Shown piece by piece: positions 36,001 through 44,363 of a stretch of DNA of 64,000 bases. The stretch covers positions 65,345 to 129,344 of the forward strand of contig JAUSFM010000009.1 of assembly GCA_030651375.1 (NCBI GenBank), read 5' to 3'. Source of the DNA: Candidatus Woesearchaeota archaeon. Its GTDB lineage: Archaea > Nanobdellota > Nanobdellia > Woesearchaeales > UBA12501. Position 1 is the first letter of the stretch. The number at the start of each line of letters is the position of its first letter. The notes beneath the pieces are model-generated. The model searched no databases. It had not been told where the DNA came from and worked only from the letters and a program-made list of their open reading frames with translations. The translations under genes were made by a program, and so were the position numbers.

Positions 36001-37169
36001 ACAGAACGGGGAGAGGGAGGTGGAGCAGGAGTTACAGGAGCTGGTTCAACCGCTGGTACAGATTCAGGCACGCGTGGCGCTGGTTCAGCCACGCGTGGTG
36101 GCACTTGTTCTGGTGTTTCACTTTCATATTCTTTTACCGCCTTTTCCAATGCTGTGTCAAACACTTCAAAAAATACTTTTTCCTGCGCGGTTTTAAACCG
36201 GCTTGCATCTCTTGGCTTGTATTCGTGTTTCGGATTAAATACACCTGAATTATGTGCGTTGATTATTTCATCTTCAGAAGCACCAAATAAATCTGCAAGT
36301 TCATCGAGTGATAACGATTGTGTTGGTGTTTTACCAGGAGCACTTTCGCGCCATAATTTTACTTTGAGCACGTTTCGAGCTTCTGCACCGTCGTCTTTTC
36401 GTAATCCTTTACTATCCATATACTTGTGTGCTGTTCCACCTGTTGTAAATCCTGCTAAACTTTTTGCAATGCCATATCCAACAATATGGTCCGAATCATA
36501 TCTTATTCCTTCTGCAAATTTTATTTGTTTTCGTTCACCGTCATAATAGTCTTTGCGTATTCGTTCGTATAACCGTTCGACAAGAATGTCCTGCATATCT
36601 TCAGCTGTTGTATCTTTTGGCGGCGTCGGTTCTTTGTGAAGGGGTGCCGGTGCAATTGGTTCAGGTTCACGTTCACGAATAGGCGCTGGCACCGGTACAA
36701 CTATCTCGGGTGGTGCTGCCCTAGCCGGAGCTGCTGAAGCTGCTGCACGCTCCTCTCGTTCCGCCAAACGATTTCGTGTGCGTTCTGCCAGAGAATCCGT
36801 GCTCAATTCAATAACTTCAATCTGGCGATCGGATTGTTGAACATACGTGAGAAACAACGGTTGAGAAGAATCGCGCGCTTCAACATAGTGTGCTGCCTCT
36901 GAAAAAACACCGAGCGGAATGCCATTTGCTGCAACACCGACATCTTTTCCAACTGATTTTACTTCAATGGCAGTTCGTGAGATGAAACCATCAAGGCCGA
37001 CGATGCCGGTCGATCCGTGGTATGTTTTGTCAGGTGTTCCGTGCAGTTGAATTTCGAGTGGCCTGCCAAGTAAGGCAGCAGTAACTTCGTCAATGGTTGT
37101 TGTGGCACTCGTTGCAGAATCAAGCGGTATAATGCCTGCCCTTCCTACCTTAAACCAGTGTTCAGCCAT
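33060..37169 (-). CDS. Large (1369 aa) multidomain protein with diverged internal repeats and Pro/Ala linkers
   Basis: Uninterrupted 4.1-kb ORF with repeated blocks (e.g. LKVKLWRE / LKIKLWAE and VFFEVFDTALE / VYFKAFDYALE) separated by PAPAP-type linkers. Confidence 0.8.
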   Translation of the reverse strand: MAEHWFKVGRAGIIPLDSATSATTTIDEVTAALLGRPLEIQLHGTPDKTYHGSTGIVGLDGFISRTAIEVKSVGKDVGVAANGIPLGVFSEAAHYVEARDSSQPLFLTYVQQSDRQIEVIELSTDSLAERTRNRLAEREERAAASAAPARAAPPEIVVPVPAPIREREPEPIAPAPLHKEPTPPKDTTAEDMQDILVERLYERIRKDYYDGERKQIKFAEGIRYDSDHIVGYGIAKSLAGFTTGGTAHKYMDSKGLRKDDGAEARNVLKVKLWRESAPGKTPTQSLSLDELADLFGASEDEIINAHNSGVFNPKHEYKPRDASRFKTAQEKVFFEVFDTALEKAVKEYESETPEQVPPRVAEPAPRVPESVPAVEPAPVTPAPPPSPRSVPSRPLLEELAQAVFSHLVQTGQYTAEGIMLGYDAEHQQLVAHSQTLTPSSPADIPLLAVTPHQAREGSDGYNARYTSYQRYVNEVYADAFGHVPFSLHQKFSPLDVKFFGLYKSAGDVRIRTYADLEASLGIDSALAHRAVEDGLLKKAKTVDLDWPSINNLLPQLFPIVREHQSVWYQELTGGAVAGEAPSEAEEQRIAARAATIDTVVEPDAPDAPAPPHPAASAASAGRKFVLSDDLLLTDPLRYLAQGIERGIRYQKLYDPTTDMITLPGHKPIKSGDVPRYYKVRELLKTRITDGAFQQWKGKEHPLLRHHHDAPAGVMMEDILAIHLSDLTDVKKYLDVEIAGFFGVPFEAIQRLQGQKYFAAVEKFAKPATPVRQRFRESFNLAFDTMKAGGTLLGDYVAAESANVDSPATRPAPAPSPALSPIPVPPPAPSPAPAPTPIAASIDDVLVSVPAPASPASARPEVPAPATSSSTHPFDDTYAMAYLATALRHKILEKGYYNTAQRRIRFDDQHLYVPNMVVEYVVAAQVTKKAVGKLHEFVNTHRLKASGLGIAASTALKIKLWAEVDLKPEPLAPPNHAALYAILGPELLQVYSKTNLFTPESGTPTASDIKARQREVYFKAFDYALESLTGRTTVEDVVGLPKGTKVVIPSLEEKVASPAGEQAPLAPASAAETTGYTAPAPAGTTPSKREETPVLVQPERRSGSLGARITPRAEDGVYQYRLSTAPKNEEEAVALLVAAYQPEFSRRLFEYMRRSGRFAADQIVLKGNDAEHAYGVEDIVLTSDLAELMPPQVTPGRINAAIRQFPDTMRKAVTGEGYHVSPFVAAAILYEPFSWKKSDGTKIPVNRIMPALLLDGEKPDLQLEKYIREYMATEKLGDQQLIGYDVFSKAYWKLAAGWAQAMHYDDSRAELMKQVGFLDENQTMKVLTQHGVPADAGYHALETQLRKAGKTLFGLAHVNDVEAMAPRLLE

Positions 37170-37251
37170 AAGTCCCCAGCAAGCATGTGGAGAAGAAGTG
37201 TTTAATAAGGCTTTATATGGTGGAGAATATATGAATAACCATCCTTAAAAA

Positions 37252-38304
37252 TCAGGCATGAATCGTTTTTCCCTCAATCTCTATTTTCTTCCCCATCATC
37301 TGCTCCACCACAAATACATTCGTCTTGGTGTGGTTCGTTATCTCGCTCGTTTTTATTTCCCCGCCAAGCAATCCAAGAAGCGGAATCAAATTGTCAGCAA
37401 GGTGCTGGTCAACCGCAGCGCCGCTCTGAATTTCAGCAAGCAGTTTCTGCGCGCAGTCACTTCCCACTTCCTCTGCCCGTTTTCCTTTTTCACCCAGCAC
37501 GTCAGCGCCCAGCCGAATCGGATTTTTGGCATCAATATCATTTTTGTCTTTGGAGAAAATCGCCCAGAGCGTGATGCCGCAGCCGTCGCTTGGCGTATTC
37601 ACATATTCTGCTGTTATATTTATCGGGCATGACACTTTCTGACCCAGCGCGACTTTTGCACCCCGTGCCATGCGCTCGGAAACCTGCGCGTCTTGCAAGG
37701 TTGCTGAAGCGTGCGCAATTCCTTTGATGTGGATGAGGTGGTGTTGTTCTGTAAGCGCAAACGGCACACTTTTTTTCCCCTCGTCAAGCGTGGTGTGCGA
37801 ATCAATCTTTATATCAACTCTGCCGGCGCCTTTTGGATAATAGCCGCGCTGCTCAAGCTTGCACATGATGTCTGCATATCTCCGAAATTGCGGCACAATA
37901 ATTTCGCAGAAATAATCCCAGCTCGGGCTCCATGCAACATCAGTGCCGCCGGTTATTTTGAGGCGGAATTTTTCGCCGGAAAAGGCCAGCGGCAGAAGAA
38001 GGGATTGCATCAGCAAGGTAATTGAGCCGGCCGTGCCGATGTCCAATGACAGCGTGCGGCCTTTTAGCTTTCCCGGAACGTAGTTAATCGTGGTTGAGCC
38101 GAGTACGGCGTCATCACCATATGCATTGCACAGTTGTTCCATGGCTTTGATTGCCGTGAGGTGCTGCGCCTTCAAGCCGGGTTCGGCACGGCCCGCACGA
38201 ATTTTATCAACGGTAACTGCTTTGCCCATGAGCGTTGAAATGCCGATTGCGGTTCGCACGATTTGCCCACCGCCTTCAAGATACGAGCCATCGATGGTGT
38301 TCAT
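37252..38304 (-). CDS. rtcA: RNA 3'-terminal phosphate cyclase
   Basis: IDGSYLEGGGQIVRTA, PGLKAQH, TAGSITL, GGTDV, RGYYPKG and DQHLAD (catalytic His). Confidence 0.95.
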   Translation of the reverse strand: MNTIDGSYLEGGGQIVRTAIGISTLMGKAVTVDKIRAGRAEPGLKAQHLTAIKAMEQLCNAYGDDAVLGSTTINYVPGKLKGRTLSLDIGTAGSITLLMQSLLLPLAFSGEKFRLKITGGTDVAWSPSWDYFCEIIVPQFRRYADIMCKLEQRGYYPKGAGRVDIKIDSHTTLDEGKKSVPFALTEQHHLIHIKGIAHASATLQDAQVSERMARGAKVALGQKVSCPINITAEYVNTPSDGCGITLWAIFSKDKNDIDAKNPIRLGADVLGEKGKRAEEVGSDCAQKLLAEIQSGAAVDQHLADNLIPLLGLLGGEIKTSEITNHTKTNVFVVEQMMGKKIEIEGKTIHA

Positions 38305-38378
38305 ACCATTCGCTAACAAGGATGTTTTTATAAATTTTAGGAAAAACTATTTATATGCCACAATGTATTGTTTGTGCT

Positions 38379-38789
38379 ATGGCATCAAAAAGAGGGAAAA
38401 GAAGGGGAACAAAGAAGCCGGCGAAACGAACAACACGGCACGCGGCAAAGAAGGCGACAAAACGAACGCAAAAACGCGTCGTTAAAAAACCCGCGAAAAA
38501 ATCAAAATCATCTCCAAAAAAATCAAAATCAACACAAACGACACCAAAGCAAAAAATTGTTGGCCTTGTCACTCATTTCTATCCGCACATCAGCGTCGGG
38601 ATTGTTGAAGTCAAAGCGCCGCTCAAGATTGGTGATTCTATAACCATATCCGGCCACGGCAAGAGCTTCAAGCAAAAAATAACATCGATGCAGATTGAGC
38701 ACGAATCAATCAAAACCGCGCGGAAAGGCGATTTTATTGGGATTAAAACGCTCCGGCCGGTAAAGGAGAAGGATGTTGTGATGAAATAA
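38379..38789 (+). CDS. Translation-factor-like beta-barrel protein with Lys/Arg-rich N-terminal tail
   Basis: VGLVTHFYPHISVGIV...LKIGDSITISGH...SMQIEH...GDFIGIK; basic histone-H1-like N-terminus; TTTATATG 29 nt upstream. Confidence 0.75.
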   Translation: MASKRGKRRGTKKPAKRTTRHAAKKATKRTQKRVVKKPAKKSKSSPKKSKSTQTTPKQKIVGLVTHFYPHISVGIVEVKAPLKIGDSITISGHGKSFKQKITSMQIEHESIKTARKGDFIGIKTLRPVKEKDVVMK

Positions 38790-38794
38790 TCTTT

Positions 38795-39715
38795 TTATTC
38801 TTGCTTCTTAAACCATTCCACCGTCTTTTTCAGCCCATCTTTGAATGGGATTTCCGCGTGCCAGTCAAGCACCTTCTTCGCTTTTTCACTATTCAAAAAG
38901 CTGTGCCGAATATCACCCGGTCGTTCTTGGCTATGTGCCGTTGTTCCTTTTCCCACAATTTCCTTCAACATTGTTGCCAAGTGATTTACGCTTGTCTGCG
39001 CGCCGGTGCCAATGTTAAACACATCATTCTCCCCTTTGGTCAATGCAAGCACATTCGCCGCTACAATATCATCAACAAAAATATAGTCACGCGTCTGTTC
39101 GCCATCCCCGAAAATGGTGCACGGCTTTCCTGCCAACATAGCGCGAATAAAGAGCGGCACCACACCAGCTTCGCCGCCATCTTGGTGCGGCCCGTACACG
39201 TTCGCATACCGCAGAATCACAAAGGGGATTTTGTACAAATTCTGGTAACAGCGCAGGTACAATTCACTCGTCATCTTGCTGGCGCCGTACGGTGAGAGTT
39301 GGAGGAGCGCATCTTGTTCATTCAGCCCGTTTTTTCCCGGCTCTTTGTCACCGTACACCGCTGCTGATGAGGAAAAAATAATTCTTTTAACACCATTTTT
39401 TCTGGAACATTCAAGCACGTTAATGAGCCCGAGCACATTTATTTCATAATCTTTCACTGGGTCGCGCACTGAAGCCTCGGCGCTTGCCTGCGCGGCGTGA
39501 TGGTTCACCACATCTGGCTTTTCTTTTTCAAAAATGCCAGTAAGTTGGGCGGCATTGCGGATGTCCGCGTGATAGAAGCGCATTCCCGTGGGCACGCGTT
39601 GTTTTTTTCCGGTGCTCAAGTCATCAACTATAGCAACATCGTGCCCTGCTGCTGCGTAGGCCTGCGCGATATGGCTGCCAATAAATCCAGCGCCTCCGGT
39701 AATAAGAATTTTCAT
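38795..39715 (-). CDS. NAD-dependent epimerase/dehydratase (UDP-glucose 4-epimerase-like)
   Basis: TGGAGFIG, SSSAAVYG, YGASK, RYANVYGP and GDGEQTRDY motifs. Confidence 0.92.
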   Translation of the reverse strand: MKILITGGAGFIGSHIAQAYAAAGHDVAIVDDLSTGKKQRVPTGMRFYHADIRNAAQLTGIFEKEKPDVVNHHAAQASAEASVRDPVKDYEINVLGLINVLECSRKNGVKRIIFSSSAAVYGDKEPGKNGLNEQDALLQLSPYGASKMTSELYLRCYQNLYKIPFVILRYANVYGPHQDGGEAGVVPLFIRAMLAGKPCTIFGDGEQTRDYIFVDDIVAANVLALTKGENDVFNIGTGAQTSVNHLATMLKEIVGKGTTAHSQERPGDIRHSFLNSEKAKKVLDWHAEIPFKDGLKKTVEWFKKQE

Positions 39716-39748
39716 AATGAAACCTTACGATGGTGAAGTTTTCGGTGG

Positions 39749-39931
39749 TTAGCGCCGCTTTTTCCGCTGTAGTCCGGTAATCTGTGCAAGTTTGGTAAAT
39801 AATTTTGATGCATGTGACGCCTCGCCCATAAATGCTTTGTTCTGCTGTTCGAGCTGTTTTTTTGTCGGGAGTTCCGCATCTTCCTGCTCAAGTTCCTGCA
39901 ATTCTTTTTTTGCAAGGGAAGGAATCTTCAT
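39749..39931 (-). CDS. small hypothetical protein
   Basis: Fills the gap between co-oriented genes; start uncertain. Confidence 0.4.
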   Translation of the reverse strand: MKIPSLAKKELQELEQEDAELPTKKQLEQQNKAFMGEASHASKLFTKLAQITGLQRKKRR

Positions 39932-39944
39932 TGCTGAATGCCGT

Positions 39945-40787
39945 TCAAGACTGCTTTTTCGCCTGTTTTTCATGTCTGCCCTCTTTTTCTTTTTCCTCTT
40001 TGGTATCTTTAGTGTTTAGAATGATGATATTACCCCTGCCTTTTTTAATTTTTCTTATTTTTCCTGCGGTTTCAAGCTCGGTGAGGACGAGGCTGATTTT
40101 TCCCTCTGAAAGTGGCACCTGCTTGCGGAGCTCTTTTTGCGTGGTACGGCCGTCTTGTTCCTTGATAAATTCCATGACTTGCTGTGCCACTGCGTCTTCT
40201 TCTTTTTTTATTTCATTGTCTTCATCGTTTTCGGTGCTTGTTTCTTCTGTTTCATTTTCATTATTTCCCTCATTTTCACTACTTACTTTTTTCTTTTTCC
40301 GTTCCGGACTGTTCATAAACTTATAAAAAACATAAATAACTACAAGCACAATGATTCCCGCAACACCAAAAAGGGCGTACGTGGTAAACCGCTTCTCTTC
40401 GATAAAGATGTTGTCCACATCAAGCGCGCTTTCAGCGAGAATATCATCTTCTGCGGCGAAGCTCGGAAGGAGGAACAGGTCAAACACATACGATCCGTCT
40501 TCCTTGACCACGACACGCTCTTCTGTTGTCAGGAGGGATGCATTTTCTTTGTACTGCGCGCGGATAATATACTCACCCTTGTCAACAGTAAACGCGTAGG
40601 TGCCATCGGTTGAAACCATGCGCTGCTTGGGGCTGGTGCTTATCTCGGCAACGGCTTTTTCAAGTTTTTTGAGGTCAAGATTGTAAATTGTGCCGTGGAT
40701 AAGTGCCGCAGCGCTTACCATCTGAAGCGATATAAGCATAGCAAGAAGCACAAAAATTCCTATGGCGGTTATTCGCTTGGCTACCAT
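39945..40787 (-). CDS. Membrane-anchored winged-HTH regulator with extracytoplasmic beta domain
   Basis: Signal peptide, beta-rich domain, TM segment YALFGVAGIIVLVVIYVFY, C-terminal TQKELRKQVPLSEGKISLVLTELETAGKIRKIKKGRGNII. Confidence 0.85.
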   Translation of the reverse strand: MVAKRITAIGIFVLLAMLISLQMVSAAALIHGTIYNLDLKKLEKAVAEISTSPKQRMVSTDGTYAFTVDKGEYIIRAQYKENASLLTTEERVVVKEDGSYVFDLFLLPSFAAEDDILAESALDVDNIFIEEKRFTTYALFGVAGIIVLVVIYVFYKFMNSPERKKKKVSSENEGNNENETEETSTENDEDNEIKKEEDAVAQQVMEFIKEQDGRTTQKELRKQVPLSEGKISLVLTELETAGKIRKIKKGRGNIIILNTKDTKEEKEKEGRHEKQAKKQS

Positions 40788-40919
40788 TTTTACCCAAGGG
40801 GCTGGTCGAAGAGGGGGTATAAAAGCATTATGGTTTTCGAGCAAAATACGTCGATAATGTGGGCTTTAATCGGGTACACATAGTCAAAAAAAGCCGTAAA
40901 ACAGCGTATTTTCAATTTT

Positions 40920-41000
40920 AAAGCTTCAGTAAAGTTTTATTCGTTTCATGCACGTTGAATAAAGTTTTATCATGAAGCTTTTGGCAAGTATCTTTATAAG
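40920..41000 (+). promoter_or_regulatory. Direct and inverted repeats upstream of a TATA box (candidate regulator sites)
   Basis: TAAAGTTTTAT at 40930-40940 and 40960-40970; AAAGCTTCA (40920-40928) / TGAAGCTTT (40973-40981); CTTTATAAG at 40992-41000. Confidence 0.55.
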
Positions 41001-41106
41001 CACTTTCGCCTCATATTTCCTTGGTGGTTGTTGCAGGGGCGCAATGGCCGTTGCATCACCGACCAAAAACATTCAAAAACTATTCAACCAAAACTGGAGG
41101 GATACC

Positions 41107-42753
41107 ATGAAACAAATTAAAAGATATGGATCATTGATTGCCCTTTTTTTGATGGCCATTCTGGCCATGGCAGTGCCTATTGCTGCACGAGAACACCAAG
41201 GCCTCGGGCTTGGAATTGGCGTGCGAGCATCCGCAGCTGCACAGGCAGATACTGATGCGGCTACTACTGATATAGGTGTACCTGCTGACACTGCTGTTTC
41301 GGCAGACGTCTCCGGCATGCCTCGAATTGGCGCCCGACGTCCCTTTGCTATGCCCATTGGCATAAAAAACGCACAATGTGTGCACGCATGTATTGAATCA
41401 ACTGCCCGGGCATCTTCGAGCGGCACCGTCTCCGATGACCAGCGCAGGCAATGCATGGAAAAATGCAACGCTGAAAAAAAAGCTGAAAAGGAACAGCGCA
41501 AAGAACAGCGTGACGAAAAAAAGGCATGGCACGGAAATTTTTCAGGAGCAGTGCGCGCCATTACTGGACAGCAAAAAATAATCCGCGAGGACTTCAAAGA
41601 CTTCAGAAAATCAATGAAGAATGAAACATCGAATGAAACGTCCGATGAAAAACCAAGCATGACCGACGAAGAAAAGGCAAAGCTTCAGGAAGCAAAGAAA
41701 GCAATGCTCGATCAAATTGATAATCTGCGCGAGAAAAAGCAGGAACTCTTCGAATCAATTCCCGCAGCGTTCAAAACCCCTCGGCTTATTGCCCGTGGTG
41801 AAATGATGCAGCTCAACCATGCACTTGGCCGCACCCAACAGGATTATGCGGACGCGAAAAAGCTGCACGTTGAGTCACGCGCGAGAATTGAAGCACAGAA
41901 AAAGGCGTATCACGTCTGCATGCAGAACACCAAATCCGCAGTTAATGATGCTGATGCAACGCGATCCGCAGAAGCGCAGGTTGATTTCAGCCACTGCAAA
42001 GAAATAAAAAAGGAATTTTCAGGCGATGTGAAAACATTTCTCCTGAAAACAGCTGACATGGTTGTTGAATCCCTCAACAAGCTCAAATATCAAGTGAAGC
42101 TTTCCGAGGACATCACCGACGAGGCATCAGTAACACTGGTTGCGGAAATTGAACAGCGGATTATCGATGTTAAAAACGCCCGCGTTACCGTTGAAGAGCT
42201 AAAAGATGAGGCTGATAGCGTGCAGCTTAAGGCTGCGGCAAAAACAATTCGCGACGCATGGCAGGAGACCAGAGTCCTTTTCAAAAAGGACGTTGGCGTA
42301 CTCATGCAGGCAAAGCTGGGCAACATTATCAACCGCATGGACCAACTCAAAGAAAAATTCAGCAAGGCACGTGACCTGCTGAAAGGCAAGGGCGCTGATG
42401 TGTCGTCTCTCGACGACATGCTCGGTTCCTTTGACGCGAAATTGAGCACAGCACGAGCAGACTATGAACAGGCCGTGACGCTTTTTGCACAGGCGCAGTC
42501 AGCAAAAAATGCAGACAGCGTGGTGAAACAGGCGCATGAGCTGGTTAAGCAGGCGCGGACTGACCTCAAATCTGCACAGGAAGAGCTTCGTAAGCTCACT
42601 GCAGAACTGAAGGTGCAGCTCCGGGCAACCGCAGAAACAGAAGCAGCTGCATCTGCACAACCTGCATCTTCAGAGGCACGCGAAAGCACTGTCTCTGCTG
42701 ATGTAAATGCGCAGGCCGAGGCATCTGCTGAAGTATCTGCATCGAGCGACTAA
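41107..42753 (+). CDS. Secreted alpha-helical/coiled-coil protein
   Basis: GGAGG RBS before ATG 41107; signal peptide MKQIKRYGSLIALFLMAILAMAVPIAA; long helical body with paired Cys. Confidence 0.8.
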   Translation: MKQIKRYGSLIALFLMAILAMAVPIAAREHQGLGLGIGVRASAAAQADTDAATTDIGVPADTAVSADVSGMPRIGARRPFAMPIGIKNAQCVHACIESTARASSSGTVSDDQRRQCMEKCNAEKKAEKEQRKEQRDEKKAWHGNFSGAVRAITGQQKIIREDFKDFRKSMKNETSNETSDEKPSMTDEEKAKLQEAKKAMLDQIDNLREKKQELFESIPAAFKTPRLIARGEMMQLNHALGRTQQDYADAKKLHVESRARIEAQKKAYHVCMQNTKSAVNDADATRSAEAQVDFSHCKEIKKEFSGDVKTFLLKTADMVVESLNKLKYQVKLSEDITDEASVTLVAEIEQRIIDVKNARVTVEELKDEADSVQLKAAAKTIRDAWQETRVLFKKDVGVLMQAKLGNIINRMDQLKEKFSKARDLLKGKGADVSSLDDMLGSFDAKLSTARADYEQAVTLFAQAQSAKNADSVVKQAHELVKQARTDLKSAQEELRKLTAELKVQLRATAETEAAASAQPASSEARESTVSADVNAQAEASAEVSASSD

Positions 42754-42782
42754 TACCAAGAATAATAAGAAATACCACCTTC

Positions 42783-42843
42783 CCGCGCTGTCGGTTATCC
42801 AATCCCAAACCCGGCTATGACAGCGCGGTTTTTTATTTTTTTT
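42783..42843 (+). terminator. GC-rich hairpin followed by a T-tract
   Basis: CCGCGCTGTC (42783-42792) pairs with GACAGCGCGG (42819-42828), followed by TTTTTTATTTTTTTT. Confidence 0.8.
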
Positions 42844-42926
42844 AGGTGGGACGTGAGTGGTTTGCTGTAGAAATAAACTAAAAAACTCAAATAGAGCAAT
42901 AACAAAAAAAATGGCGGGGTGTCCTC

Positions 42927-43184
42927 ATGAAAAAAATCCTACATATCATCGTATTAATTGCCGTTGTCTTTGCATTGTCCGGATGCGTGTTTGGGCCAAA
43001 GAAAAGCAAATTGGTGCCGGACGGGCCTGCGCAACCTCTTGGTTCAGGAGCATCTGCCCTTTCCAATTCAGCAAATACAGTCATCACTGACCATGACGAA
43101 CAAGAACTGGCAGACTTGTCAAGGGAACTTGATGAGGACATCAATTTCGATGACATTGAAGAATTGACCAAATTAGATATCTGA
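42927..43184 (+). CDS. Small lipoprotein-like acidic protein
   Basis: Signal peptide ending ALSGC; acidic C-terminus; GGGGTG RBS-like site. Confidence 0.7.
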   Translation: MKKILHIIVLIAVVFALSGCVFGPKKSKLVPDGPAQPLGSGASALSNSANTVITDHDEQELADLSRELDEDINFDDIEELTKLDI

Positions 43185-43319
43185 TTTTGTTTTATTTATT
43201 TTTGGTTTCATGTGCGCATAGCCACTAGGCTCTGCCGTATTTTTTTTTGAATTCGTGCAGCGGGCACGCTATCATCATCGTATAAAAAACAAAAAAATAA
43301 CTACAACGAGGTGTAACTG

Positions 43320-44312
43320 ATGGTACAAGCAAGAACGCAAGCAAGAACATTTGATGAATACGAAGAAGTTAGTGCAGTATATGAGCGCGACTATGTGGAG
43401 TGGGAATCAGAGCTGCTTCCGCTTGAAGTGCTGGCAGCAGAAGAAGGAGTGGCATTAGACCCGTGTCATCATCCGGGAAGCGATGCCCAGCCCATTCTGT
43501 TGACCAAGCGGAAAGAGCGGGAAAAAACATTCCAACCTGATGAGCTCGATGCGTTGCTCGACTCCATCGTCGCCACCAGCACGCCGATCACTGGCAAGCC
43601 AGCACCACCTGAATCATCTCACCAGCCCTACAAAGATGTTGCAACGCTGCTTTCTGAATTTCAGGCTGCGCATGACGAGCTTCGATCCTATGCATTGAGC
43701 GACTTGGCTGATGGCGCCAACCGGCAGGAGTACCAACGTGCACTCGGAACAGCGGTCGGCGTTCTTGACGGGCTCAAGCACCATTATGTCGGCCTTGCTG
43801 ACACGCTAGCGGCGCTCGAAGAAGAACAGTATCGGCGAATGGAACAAAAAACCGGACATCTTGCTGAAGAACAAAAGCAGCTTGGACTGGATCGCGATAT
43901 GTACGACTTGATTCGGCACGATGAAACTGCTGGAGTTGCCTGCACCAGCGGCACAGTGTTGTTTCGGGCAGAAAGCAAACTCGCTGCACAGATTGGGCAA
44001 CGAACTCGCCGGATAACCACACTTGAAAAATCGTTTGCTGCAGACCGGAGCGTTAACTATGTGCTCAACAATTCCTTGGGGAGAGCGTGGACTGCCGTCG
44101 AAAGAATTGAAGATATGCAAGGCAGCATGGCCAACGGCTTTGCGCTGTATGCAGCGTTGCGCATGGCGCCCCATGAGCATGCGCTTGACCATCTTCAGCA
44201 AACGCTTGCTACGGTGCAGGCAGAAACCTATCGGGACTCACTGTCTGCTGCGCTGAGTATAATGCATGGACAAACCGTGCCGCAGCAGGCGTATCTTGGA
44301 GCAGTGCAGTAA
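43320..44312 (+). CDS. hypothetical protein (acidic, helical)
   Basis: 330-aa ORF with GAGGTG RBS; no family recognised. Confidence 0.7.
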   Translation: MVQARTQARTFDEYEEVSAVYERDYVEWESELLPLEVLAAEEGVALDPCHHPGSDAQPILLTKRKEREKTFQPDELDALLDSIVATSTPITGKPAPPESSHQPYKDVATLLSEFQAAHDELRSYALSDLADGANRQEYQRALGTAVGVLDGLKHHYVGLADTLAALEEEQYRRMEQKTGHLAEEQKQLGLDRDMYDLIRHDETAGVACTSGTVLFRAESKLAAQIGQRTRRITTLEKSFAADRSVNYVLNNSLGRAWTAVERIEDMQGSMANGFALYAALRMAPHEHALDHLQQTLATVQAETYRDSLSAALSIMHGQTVPQQAYLGAVQ

Positions 44313-44363
44313 ACGCAGTAACAATGCAAGCTGAGAAACTTTTTATTTTTGTTTTATTCTTCT

